Shown here piece by piece: positions 18,332 to 27,031 of a stretch of 64,000 bases of DNA (position 1 is the stretch's first letter; the number at the start of each line of letters is the position of its first letter). Location of the stretch: positions 96,001 to 160,000 of the IMG/VR virus record IMGVR_UViG_3300042561_002100. One strand, 5' to 3'. The notes beneath the pieces were generated by a model, which worked only from the letters and a program-made list of their open reading frames with translations, did no database searches and was not told where the DNA came from. A program made the translations under genes and the position numbers. The stretch comes from a virus.

Positions 18332-18357
18332 GTTCCGGATCTGTTCTGTGCTACTAT
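18301..18357 (+). promoter_or_regulatory. Palindromic element (GGACA-N10-TGGTC) plus TG-C-TACTAT
   Basis: Right arm at 18316, -10 at 18352. Confidence 0.7.
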
Positions 18358-18377
18358 GAACACAGTTGAGCAAAACC

Positions 18378-18977
18378 ATGACTGATAGTTTTGATATGAG
18401 CGGTCTTCTTGATCGCATCAATAAGATCAAAAAAGAAGGAGAAAAATCAACCGAATTTACTCTAGAATGCTTACAATGTCTTCTTGAACGCCACGATCTA
18501 AAATATTCTATTCATCTCGATTTTGAAGTTGTTGATGTTCCTTTTGTTATTCTAGAATCTCTAAGACAAGGAATTCTACCATCAAAAGAACAGATTTGTC
18601 TACTAGATGATGAAGTTCAATCTAACTTTATTGCCGAAATGATCTGGGTTTGTGGAATGAATACCATTTCTTATTATACCAGAGACATTCCACCAGATGA
18701 AGATGGAGAAACAGTTCTTGATCAGTTTTTGGTAATGTTGGAAGTTAGTGAAAGTCATTTTATTGGATGTTATTTAATCTCAGCCTTGACGCTTCTTATG
18801 GGAAATATTCCATCCATTGAGATGATTGAAACCATTACAGATAACTTCAACAACAACCCACAACATATAGCAAAAAGTCTAGAAATTTTCTATGAATTCA
18901 TCAGAGCGATTCACTCTCGATGGAAAGAAGATAAACTCAACTATGAATCATTCACACAAAATTTTAAAGAGGTATAA
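18378..18977 (+). CDS. Acidic hypothetical protein
   Basis: About 200-aa ORF following the promoter. Confidence 0.65.
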   Translation: MTDSFDMSGLLDRINKIKKEGEKSTEFTLECLQCLLERHDLKYSIHLDFEVVDVPFVILESLRQGILPSKEQICLLDDEVQSNFIAEMIWVCGMNTISYYTRDIPPDEDGETVLDQFLVMLEVSESHFIGCYLISALTLLMGNIPSIEMIETITDNFNNNPQHIAKSLEIFYEFIRAIHSRWKEDKLNYESFTQNFKEV

Positions 18978-18979
18978 AA

Positions 18980-19192
18980 ATGGCGCTATCAAATTCTGTT
19001 AATGAGAGTCTAGATGAGGCTCAATCACAACTTAAGAATGCATTGGCCTATGCTGCTCGTCAAGAAGCACCTTATGTAATGGTCGGTATCGCTAGAATTA
19101 TCCATGAAATTGATACGATTAAAAAGACAGATTCTGCGCATGAGCAACTTCAAAAATTTATTAATCAAATTAATCCTGACATTCAACTTTGA
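18980..19192 (+). CDS. Conserved cyanophage hypothetical protein
   Basis: MALSNSVNESLDEAQSQLKNALAYAARQE. Confidence 0.65.
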   Translation: MALSNSVNESLDEAQSQLKNALAYAARQEAPYVMVGIARIIHEIDTIKKTDSAHEQLQKFINQINPDIQL

Positions 19193-19614
19193 TTCTTTTT
19201 CTTCTACCTATCCGTATTCGTGAAGAGATGACACTAAATCCAAACACACCAACAAAAGCTCTAGAACAACTAGCGACCGATGAGGATTCTTGGGTTCGTT
19301 GTTGTGTAGCACTAAACCCAAACACACCACCAGAAGCTCTAGGACAATTAGCGACTGATGAAAATCCTAATGTTCGTTATTGGGTAGCAGAAAACCCAAA
19401 CACACCACCAGAAGCTCTAGGACAATTAGCGACTGATAAGAATCCTTATGTTCGTTATTGGGTAGCAGAAAACCCAAACACACCAATAAAAATCCTAGAA
19501 CAACTAGCTACCGATAAGGATTCTCTGGTTCGTCGTGGTGTTGTACAAAATCCAAACGCACCTCACTATCTCAAGAAGTATCTTAAAATTCAAGAACAAC
19601 TGGCGATGTTATGA
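19189..19614 (+). CDS. HEAT/LRV-like repeat protein, paralog 5 (4 repeats; start uncertain, TTG 19189 or ATG 19228)
   Basis: Repeats plus cap PHYLKKYLKIQEQL. Confidence 0.85.
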   Translation: MILFLLPIRIREEMTLNPNTPTKALEQLATDEDSWVRCCVALNPNTPPEALGQLATDENPNVRYWVAENPNTPPEALGQLATDKNPYVRYWVAENPNTPIKILEQLATDKDSLVRRGVVQNPNAPHYLKKYLKIQEQLAML

Positions 19615-20096
19615 ACAAATTTGAACAAGCTGGAGATCCAAACACTCAACCAAAAACCCTAGAACAACTAGCGACTGATGAGGAATATTTGGTTCGTTGT
19701 TGTGTAGCAAATAATCCAAACTCTTCACCCAAAACTCTAGAGCTTCTAGCGACCGATGAGGATTATCGTGTCCGTATTGTTGTAGCAGAAAATCTAAACA
19801 CTCCACTAGAAATCCTAGAACAACTGGCAACCGATGAGAATTCTGGTGTTCGTTATAATATAGCAAATAATCCAAACACACCACCAAAAGCCCTAGAACA
19901 ACTAGCGACCGATAGGTATTATGAGGTTCGTTGGAGGGTAGCATGTAATCAAAACATTCCACCAAAAGCTCTAGAACAACTAGCGACCGATGGGAATTGG
20001 GATGTTCGTTGTGAAGTAGCACTAAACCCAAACACACCACATTACATCAAAAAGTATATTAAAATTAAACAATACCTATCATGTCTACATTTTTAA
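19611..20096 (+). CDS. HEAT/LRV-like repeat protein, paralog 6 (5 repeats)
   Basis: MNKFEQAGDPNT N-cap, cap PHYIKKYIKIKQYL. Confidence 0.9.
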   Translation: MNKFEQAGDPNTQPKTLEQLATDEEYLVRCCVANNPNSSPKTLELLATDEDYRVRIVVAENLNTPLEILEQLATDENSGVRYNIANNPNTPPKALEQLATDRYYEVRWRVACNQNIPPKALEQLATDGNWDVRCEVALNPNTPHYIKKYIKIKQYLSCLHF

Positions 20097-20320
20097 TTTA
20101 TTCAAAACCCGGTTGTCCTTATTGTGTTAAAATTAAACAGGTAATGGACCTCAAGGAACTAAAACATGTTCTTTATACTCTAGATCAAGATTTCACTAAA
20201 GAAGAGTTTTACAATAAATTCGGCAATGGATCAACCTTCCCTCAGGTAGTCTATAATGATCAAAATCTCGGTGGTTGTGTTGACACGATCAAATATTTAA
20301 AAGAAAATAATATAATCTAA
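20081..20320 (+). CDS. grx: Glutaredoxin
   Basis: YSKPGCPYC, TFPQV, LGGCVD. Confidence 0.93.
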   Translation: MSTFLIYSKPGCPYCVKIKQVMDLKELKHVLYTLDQDFTKEEFYNKFGNGSTFPQVVYNDQNLGGCVDTIKYLKENNII

Positions 20321-20683
20321 ATGGATGAAATTTATTACGATCTCCAACAGGCAATTGATTTTGCTTTCGTACAAAATAAGTATGTACTAAATTCTTTTTC
20401 TTATTTGAAAGTCAAAGATGTAAGACGAGTTGATGCACAAGAATTGTTAAGATCATCTTTAGTGCAGGAACTATACTCCTATATCAATGATCTTAATCTT
20501 TATCTGAAGAATAGTCAAGATCCAGATGTTCTTTATGCAGAAGAAGCTTATGGTTTTCTTACCAAAGCCGATGCCAAAAGAATTTCTACTTATTTTGATA
20601 ACATTATAGAAGGAATAAAAAAGTACATTCAAGAGAGAAAAGGTGCAACAAAAAAACCAAAACCCAGAACCAAATCTAAATAA
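20321..20683 (+). CDS. Conserved cyanophage hypothetical protein
   Basis: EAYGFLTK motif; usual position after grx. Confidence 0.6.
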   Translation: MDEIYYDLQQAIDFAFVQNKYVLNSFSYLKVKDVRRVDAQELLRSSLVQELYSYINDLNLYLKNSQDPDVLYAEEAYGFLTKADAKRISTYFDNIIEGIKKYIQERKGATKKPKPRTKSK

Positions 20684-20833
20684 AGTTGACAGGGGTTTAG
20701 TTTTCATGCTCCAACCCAAGCAAAAGGAGGGCTCAATCTTTAGCTTAGTATGGTACAAGATGGTCGCTCTTTTCAACAAGGAATACCATCTTCGTTTTGA
20801 GTTTCAAGTTAAACCAAAAGGAGGATTAAACAA

Positions 20834-21076
20834 ATGATTACGTTCGCAATAATCACACTTAGTATTCTTGTTCTTGTTGCATTCTTGGGTATCGGCGTTA
20901 TCACAGGTTATCTTGTTCGCCAATATTTTGAAGAGAATAAACCAGTTTATGCTACACATCCCGAATTATGGGATAGAGAAACCGGAAGACTTATTGTAGA
21001 TTCAGAAATTCTGGCTATTAGAGTTGAAAACGAAAGCGGTGTTGAAATCGCTCCTGACGAATTAGAAGATGTTTGA
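20834..21076 (+). CDS. Membrane protein, cyanophage-conserved
   Basis: TM helix followed by THPELWD...EILAIRVE. Confidence 0.65.
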   Translation: MITFAIITLSILVLVAFLGIGVITGYLVRQYFEENKPVYATHPELWDRETGRLIVDSEILAIRVENESGVEIAPDELEDV

Positions 21077-21088
21077 AAATAAACAATT

Positions 21089-21652
21089 ATGACAACAGAA
21101 ACAACAACAAAACCAAAGACTACCAGAGCTAAACCGATTGAAAAGCTCTCATCTAATCCTTTCATGTTTGAGATTTTAGATCTGGTTATTAAGCAAAAAA
21201 CAAAAGCTAAAAAAATTGAAGTTTTAAATGAATATCGTTATGATGGAATGCTGATGATCTTTCTGTGGAATTATGTTCCAACACTGGAGTCCGCTCTGCC
21301 TCCTGGAGATGTTCCCTACTCAACACTGAAGGAGTTGGAGCTGGGTAACGACACGCTCTCAGAGACCGTCAGAAAGCAGATTGACGCGGATCAGATGGTG
21401 GACGCTCTAGGATCCAACATGAGAACCAGCATTCGTAGAGAGCATCAGATTTTTTACAACTTTCTTAAAGGTGGTAATCCAAGTCTGGCTAGTATCCGAA
21501 GAGAGACAATGTTTATCAATCTTCTAGAAGGTCTTCATCCGAGAGAAGCTGAAATTCTTATTCTTACAAAAGATAAGAGACTTACCGACAAGTATCCTAT
21601 TCCTTTTGAACTTCTTCGTGAAGCTTATCCTGATGTGAAGTGGGACCGATGA
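21089..21652 (+). CDS. Conserved T4-like phage hypothetical protein
   Basis: LPPGDVPY, RRETMFINLLEGLHPREAEIL. Confidence 0.75.
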   Translation: MTTETTTKPKTTRAKPIEKLSSNPFMFEILDLVIKQKTKAKKIEVLNEYRYDGMLMIFLWNYVPTLESALPPGDVPYSTLKELELGNDTLSETVRKQIDADQMVDALGSNMRTSIRREHQIFYNFLKGGNPSLASIRRETMFINLLEGLHPREAEILILTKDKRLTDKYPIPFELLREAYPDVKWDR

Positions 21653-21954
21653 TGTGGACTGAAGAAGAGAGAAAAAGTGTTCCTTCTCAATATAATTGTG
21701 AACTTCTTTTTCATAATGCCAATGATGATCAACTAAAGAATCCAGAGCTTCCGAGTGATGCCTATATTGTAGAGTATAATACAGATAGTGGTTCTTTTAT
21801 TGATCTTTGTAGATCTAGTAAAATGTCTAATATCTTTGATTTATATTATGATAAAGTGGGCAATAACATCCGCCGCATTGATTTTGGTTATGGGCGGATG
21901 AATCCAAGACTTTGGGGTAACCCAGTTCCAGAACAGAAGAAGAGAAAAAGATGA
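21649..21954 (+). CDS. Conserved cyanophage hypothetical protein
   Basis: LPSDAYIVEY, IFDLYYD, GRMNPRLWG. Confidence 0.65.
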   Translation: MMWTEEERKSVPSQYNCELLFHNANDDQLKNPELPSDAYIVEYNTDSGSFIDLCRSSKMSNIFDLYYDKVGNNIRRIDFGYGRMNPRLWGNPVPEQKKRKR

Positions 21955-22139
21955 GTGAAGGATTTAATAAACTAAGAGTTAATATTAACAAAGACGAGTT
22001 CAATAAGATTATCCGAAAATATAAAAACGCAAAACGTTATATGAAATCTGGAATTTTTGCTGTTAGAACGATGAACGGAACAGAAGAATATATTTCTGGT
22101 CTTCTCAAAGAAACCGACAATCCTTCACTAATGAATTAA
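21951..22139 (+). CDS. Hypothetical protein
   Basis: ATGA-coupled small ORF. Confidence 0.55.
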   Translation: MSEGFNKLRVNINKDEFNKIIRKYKNAKRYMKSGIFAVRTMNGTEEYISGLLKETDNPSLMN

Positions 22140-22466
22140 ATGGGTAAGCATTATCTACTGAATCTTTATGGTTGTGATCCACTTCTTCTTAATGATATGG
22201 ATTTTGTTGTTAAGATGTTGTCTGATGCAGCTTTATTTTGTAATGCGACTATATTAAATGTTGCATCGCATAAGTTTGAGCCTTGTGGTCTTACAGTAGT
22301 TTTAATGCTTGCCGAATCGCATATTAGTATGCATACATGGCCCGATAGACATACCGCAGCGTGTGATGTTTATACTTGTTCTAAGACCGATCCAAAGATT
22401 GGATGTGATTTTATTATTGAAAAACTTCGTCCAATTAAAAACGATTTGATCTTTATTCAGAGATAA
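22140..22466 (+). CDS. speD: S-adenosylmethionine decarboxylase proenzyme
   Basis: GKHYLLNLYGC, FEPCG, LAESHISMHTWP autocleavage site, CDVYTC. Confidence 0.93.
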   Translation: MGKHYLLNLYGCDPLLLNDMDFVVKMLSDAALFCNATILNVASHKFEPCGLTVVLMLAESHISMHTWPDRHTAACDVYTCSKTDPKIGCDFIIEKLRPIKNDLIFIQR

Positions 22467-22485
22467 CTTATTGAGCTATTTTATT

Positions 22486-23043
22486 ATGAACGAACTTGAC
22501 CAGGCTATAGATCCTAACACACCATCAACAATATTAGAACAACTAGCGACCGATGAGGATTGTGGTGTTCGTTGTTGTGTAGCACAAAATCCAAACACTT
22601 CATCAGAAATTCTAGAACAACTAGCAACTAATGATGAATGGTATGTTCGTTATTATGTATCATATAATCCAAACACATCACCGACAACATTAGAAGTTCT
22701 AGCGACAGATGAGGAATATTGGGTTCGTCGTGATGTAGCGTGTCATTCAAACACACCACCAACAACATTAGAACAACTAGCGACCGATGTGTATTCTAAT
22801 GTTCGTCATGGTGTAGCAGATAATCCAAATACTCCACCAAAAGTCTTAGAAATTCTAGCGACCGATGAGGAATATTGTGTTCGTTGGAGAGTAGCAGATA
22901 ATCCAAACACACCACCAAAAATCTTAGAACAACTAGCGACCGATGATGATTGGGATGTTCGTTGGAGGGTAGCAGGAAATCCAAACACACCACACTATAT
23001 CAAGAAGTATCTTAAAATTCAAGAACATTTGGCTAGATTATGA
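22486..23043 (+). CDS. HEAT/LRV-like repeat protein, paralog 7 (6 repeats)
   Basis: MNELDQAIDPNTP N-cap, cap PHYIKKYLKIQEHL. Confidence 0.9.
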   Translation: MNELDQAIDPNTPSTILEQLATDEDCGVRCCVAQNPNTSSEILEQLATNDEWYVRYYVSYNPNTSPTTLEVLATDEEYWVRRDVACHSNTPPTTLEQLATDVYSNVRHGVADNPNTPPKVLEILATDEEYCVRWRVADNPNTPPKILEQLATDDDWDVRWRVAGNPNTPHYIKKYLKIQEHLARL

Positions 23044-23300
23044 ACAAAAAGAAACTAATACTTCATCTTAATAGTATTCAAAATCTTATTGATACCATAA
23101 GACTTGAATTAGAAGAGGAAGAAAATGTTATTGATTCTCAACCAAATAATACCATAAGTATTCCAGATTTTATTAGATCCGCTAATGTTGATTTAGAAGA
23201 TGATGTTCAATATGCAGAAGAATCTGATGACGGACCACCAATACTGTTGAATAGTAAGGCTGAGCGGGATTTTTATGAAAGATTTAGATTAGGAGATTGA
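23040..23300 (+). CDS. Acidic hypothetical protein
   Basis: Coupled to the paralog 7 stop codon. Confidence 0.6.
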   Translation: MNKKKLILHLNSIQNLIDTIRLELEEEENVIDSQPNNTISIPDFIRSANVDLEDDVQYAEESDDGPPILLNSKAERDFYERFRLGD

Positions 23301-23351
23301 TTGAGATATTATATTTGTGTTTTATGAAACTTGACTGTATAATAAATTATT

Positions 23352-23645
23352 ATGATCAAATCGTATCTTGACCAACAACAGAATAATTGGAGAGAATATT
23401 GTAATAATTTTCTTTTAGCCGAAAATCCAAACACTTCACCTGAAATCCTAGAACAACTAGCGTCTGATGAGAGTTTTTATGTTCGTCGCTGTGTAGCGAG
23501 TCATCCAAACACACCACCAAAAGTCCTAGAACAACTAGCGACCGATGAGGAATATTATGTTCGTTGGAGTGTAGCACTAAATCCAAACACACCACGCTAT
23601 CTCAAAAAATATCTTAAAATTCAAGAACATCTAAAAACATTATAA
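23352..23645 (+). CDS. HEAT/LRV-like repeat protein, paralog 8 (2 repeats)
   Basis: Repeats plus cap PRYLKKYLKIQEHL; TATAAT at 23338. Confidence 0.85.
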   Translation: MIKSYLDQQQNNWREYCNNFLLAENPNTSPEILEQLASDESFYVRRCVASHPNTPPKVLEQLATDEEYYVRWSVALNPNTPRYLKKYLKIQEHLKTL

Positions 23646-23670
23646 ACACATCAATCAGGAGAACGTATCA

Positions 23671-24423
23671 ATGATCGGTAAACTACTAGAATCTATTAAT
23701 AAGCTTCTGCCAAAAAAACAAAATAGCAAAAGTGATCCAGAATTACCAAAAGTAAAACTCGTCTCCATTACTCGGGGTGTTGGAGATCTTATGAATACTA
23801 GCGCCCAGGAAGTTATTTCATATATTGCCAGAGTGAGTAATCCAAATAATCAACTCAATTTTGATACAGCAGAGGGTCTTATTCGTTATTGTATTAAAAA
23901 CAAACATGTGAGCATTTTTGAACATGCTTATATGACTCTTGAGATTAATACAACGAGAGCTATTGCAGCTCAGATTTTAAGACATAGAAGTTTCACATTT
24001 CAGGAATATAGTTTACGGTATATGGACATAACCGCTCTTTCCGATAATCCATTAATTCCTGAACTAAGACGACAAGATAATAAGAATCGGCAAAATTCTA
24101 TTGATGATTTTTCCGAAGATGAGCAATTAAAAATGCAAAAAGAGATTCAGCAGTATTTTGATACTGGTATGAAGCTTTATGAAAAATTACTCTCAAACGG
24201 TGTCGCAAAAGAGTGTGCAAGATTTATTCTGCCATTATCAACTCCAACAAGAATTTATATGACGGGTAACGTAAGATCCTGGATAACTTATATTGCTCTT
24301 AGAGAAAAAAATGGAACTCAGAAGGAACATAAGGACATCGCCAAGGCATGTAAAGAAATCTTTGCGGAGCAGTTTCCAACCTGTTATGAGGCTCTCGGAG
24401 GAGACGAAGAATGGGCTATCTAG
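23671..24423 (+). CDS. thyX: Flavin-dependent thymidylate synthase
   Basis: ARVSNP, HVSIFEH, RHRSFTFQEYSLRY, ECARFILP. Confidence 0.95.
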   Translation: MIGKLLESINKLLPKKQNSKSDPELPKVKLVSITRGVGDLMNTSAQEVISYIARVSNPNNQLNFDTAEGLIRYCIKNKHVSIFEHAYMTLEINTTRAIAAQILRHRSFTFQEYSLRYMDITALSDNPLIPELRRQDNKNRQNSIDDFSEDEQLKMQKEIQQYFDTGMKLYEKLLSNGVAKECARFILPLSTPTRIYMTGNVRSWITYIALREKNGTQKEHKDIAKACKEIFAEQFPTCYEALGGDEEWAI

Positions 24424-25343
24424 AATACTTACAACAATACCGTGAAAAATATCATTTAGATGATATCTTCAATCACGATAATAGCGCCGATGAAGAACAA
24501 GTAACGGAGTATATTGGGGAATTATGTGGATGGTCTGGCGAATTCCTTTGTTTGTGGTATGGCGAACATAGGGACAAATATTACAAAAGTGGAAGGTCGT
24601 TTCCGGCCAATATCTATAGGTTTATTGTAAAAAATAGTGTATTAGAAAATACTCTTAAAAAACCGAAGGACATTGATTATCTTACCAGATTCTTAGTAAC
24701 AACATTAGATCATCCTGATTGTCTTATTTTAGATTCAATCGCAAAAGAGAATAATCCATTAATAAACAAAAACATCTCACGCCACAAGAATACATCTAGC
24801 GACACTTTATTGTATCTTGCATCTTATAGTTTCCTTGGATTTAATATTTTTAATAATAAAAATTCAAATGATGATGTTTTATTGGAAGTAACTAATACCA
24901 TATTGCGCGATTTAAGCAATAAAATTTACGAGGATATAATTCCAGAAAATGGGGACTGGGGAATTGATCAAGATATAGAAAGTTACATTAGAGAATATAA
25001 GCCCGGATTTCACTTCGTTCGTCATAGAACCTTAGATAAAATGGAATGGGTCGCCCAGCATTTTAAAATCACCGAAAGTATTTGTAATAAAATTATTTCG
25101 GCAGATCAGGAAACACTAAAAACTTTAGAATGGTATCACATTTTTTATGCTATGGGTCGGAATCCTTTTACACCAGAAACAATTTTAGAAATACTTTCTG
25201 AACGGAAACCCTTGACTACATTTAAACCCTCAAGCCTAATCGGCGTTCTTGAAAATCCCAATGCACCCGAGCATATATTAGAAAAACATTTAGATCATTA
25301 CCCCAATATAAAACATTGGAGATATGTTAATTTCGGAAAATAA
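24411..25343 (+). CDS. Protein with degenerate LRV-like repeats
   Basis: RHKNTSSDTLLYLAS, RNPFTPETILEILS, ENPNAPEHIL. Confidence 0.6.
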   Translation: MGYLEYLQQYREKYHLDDIFNHDNSADEEQVTEYIGELCGWSGEFLCLWYGEHRDKYYKSGRSFPANIYRFIVKNSVLENTLKKPKDIDYLTRFLVTTLDHPDCLILDSIAKENNPLINKNISRHKNTSSDTLLYLASYSFLGFNIFNNKNSNDDVLLEVTNTILRDLSNKIYEDIIPENGDWGIDQDIESYIREYKPGFHFVRHRTLDKMEWVAQHFKITESICNKIISADQETLKTLEWYHIFYAMGRNPFTPETILEILSERKPLTTFKPSSLIGVLENPNAPEHILEKHLDHYPNIKHWRYVNFGK

Positions 25344-25429
25344 TCTTCCTTCTTTCGCATAGATAGTTCATAATAACAAAGGAAATGAAGAATGGACAAT
25401 CTAAATAACGTCACATATTATTAAATCTT

Positions 25430-25672
25430 ATGGCAATTTATCCTATTAAAAATAAAGAAACAGGTGAAACAAAAGTGATTGAAATGAGTGTTCATGAGAT
25501 CACACAATGGTACAAGAACAATCCTCAATGGCAACGAGATTGGTCACAAGGATGTGCGACACCAGCCGAAGTTGGAGAATGGCGAGACAAACTCGCTAAG
25601 GCACATCCTAGTTGGAATGAAGTTTTAGGCAAAGTCAGTAAGGCACCAAATTCAAAAGTAAAAAAGATCTAA
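25430..25672 (+). CDS. Conserved cyanophage hypothetical protein
   Basis: MAIYPIKNKETGE; preceded by CTAAATA at 25401-25407. Confidence 0.7.
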   Translation: MAIYPIKNKETGETKVIEMSVHEITQWYKNNPQWQRDWSQGCATPAEVGEWRDKLAKAHPSWNEVLGKVSKAPNSKVKKI

Positions 25673-25677
25673 TCTCT

Positions 25678-26430
25678 ATGGCAAGAAAAAGAAAGAGTTC
25701 ACAACAAGTCGGCATTAGTACAGCATATAAGAATAGAAGAAAACCCCAACAAATCACACTGGATCAGATGGTTGAATTGCAGCCATTGACCGATAATCAA
25801 GAAAAACTTTTTGACTCTTACGATAAAGGTAAATGTATTGTCGCTCATGGCGCCGCCGGTACAGGAAAGAGTCTTATTACCATCTATAAGGCTCTTGAAG
25901 AAGTATTGGATCCATCAACACCTTACGAAAAAGTTATTATTGTTCGCTCTATTGTTCCAACAAGAGATATTGGCTTTCTTAAGGGTTCTATTGAAGATAA
26001 GCAATCAGAATACGAAAAGCCATACAAGTACATGATTAAAAAGCTTTTCAATCTGAATTCCGATGAAGAATATGAGCTTCTTTATGCTAATCTAAAAGCA
26101 CAAAAGTCATTCTATTTCATGTCAACAAGCTTCATTCGCGGAATGACTTTTGATGATTGTATTATTATTGTGGATGAATTCCAAAATCTTTCTGGTCATG
26201 AACTTGATTCAATAATCACTCGTATTGGAGAAAACTCCAAGATTATGTTCTGTGGTGATGTCACACAATCTGATTTGATTAAAACAAATGATAGAAATGG
26301 TATTATTGATTTTATGAAGATTTTGAGAGAGATGCCATCGGTTGATATTATTGAATTTCAACTAGAAGATGTTGTGCGCTCTGGATTTGTTAAGGAATAT
26401 CTCACTGTTAAATATAGTCTTAATTTATGA
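25678..26430 (+). CDS. phoH: PhoH-family ATPase
   Basis: GAAGTGKS, GFLKGS, SFIRGMT, DEFQN, CGDVTQSDL. Confidence 0.95.
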   Translation: MARKRKSSQQVGISTAYKNRRKPQQITLDQMVELQPLTDNQEKLFDSYDKGKCIVAHGAAGTGKSLITIYKALEEVLDPSTPYEKVIIVRSIVPTRDIGFLKGSIEDKQSEYEKPYKYMIKKLFNLNSDEEYELLYANLKAQKSFYFMSTSFIRGMTFDDCIIIVDEFQNLSGHELDSIITRIGENSKIMFCGDVTQSDLIKTNDRNGIIDFMKILREMPSVDIIEFQLEDVVRSGFVKEYLTVKYSLNL

Positions 26431-26526
26431 TAAGTGAAAACCCAAAGTGTATTAAATCTTGAAATCTTATGTATATTATCAGCTACTTCTCAATGTGACT
26501 GATAATTATTCCACCTCAAAACCCAC

Positions 26527-26555
26527 TTGACAAAACCGGCTTCCTGTGCTAGGCT
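26527..26555 (+). promoter_or_regulatory. Sigma70-type promoter TTGACA-17-TAGGCT
   Basis: Canonical -35 and extended -10. Confidence 0.55.
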
Positions 26556-26578
26556 GGAAGCCGTTTCAAAAAGACCTC

Positions 26579-26872
26579 ATGGACAATCCAGCATACCAAA
26601 AGAGATATCATTTCGACGTGTTAGATCTCGATTGTGAAATATCTTTGTTACCCGATGAACTAGGAGTAGAAATTAGCATTGAACATGATTATATGCTAGC
26701 CGATAATGCCTATATGATAAAAAAAGATAAGTGGGGATGGGAAGGTGGTCTCATTGCTGATGAAAAAGATATTAAATATTCTGACTCCATTTTAAAATAT
26801 CTTAATGAGAATGGAACACCTTTTGATGATGTTATTTTGCAAGCTAGAAAAGAGTTAATATTAAATGAATAA
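26579..26872 (+). CDS. Hypothetical protein
   Basis: ATG 26579 downstream of the promoter. Confidence 0.55.
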   Translation: MDNPAYQKRYHFDVLDLDCEISLLPDELGVEISIEHDYMLADNAYMIKKDKWGWEGGLIADEKDIKYSDSILKYLNENGTPFDDVILQARKELILNE

Positions 26873-27031
26873 TTCAATACCTCTCTGAAAGATAATGAAA
26901 GTTCCACTAACACCACTGATGAAGAAACTTCTTCAAGATAAAGAAGCGAGTGAACAACTCCAACAAGCTCTAATAGATCACAATAAAACAATAACAGTTG
27001 ACGGTAAAACATATAAATTAGAATCTATTTA

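Noticed and set aside
26494-26515. A 13th copy of the palindromic promoter element before the promoter at 26527
   Set aside because: The right arm is degenerate (TTCCAC) and the spacing to the -10 box (about 41 nt) does not fit the 35-37 nt rule.
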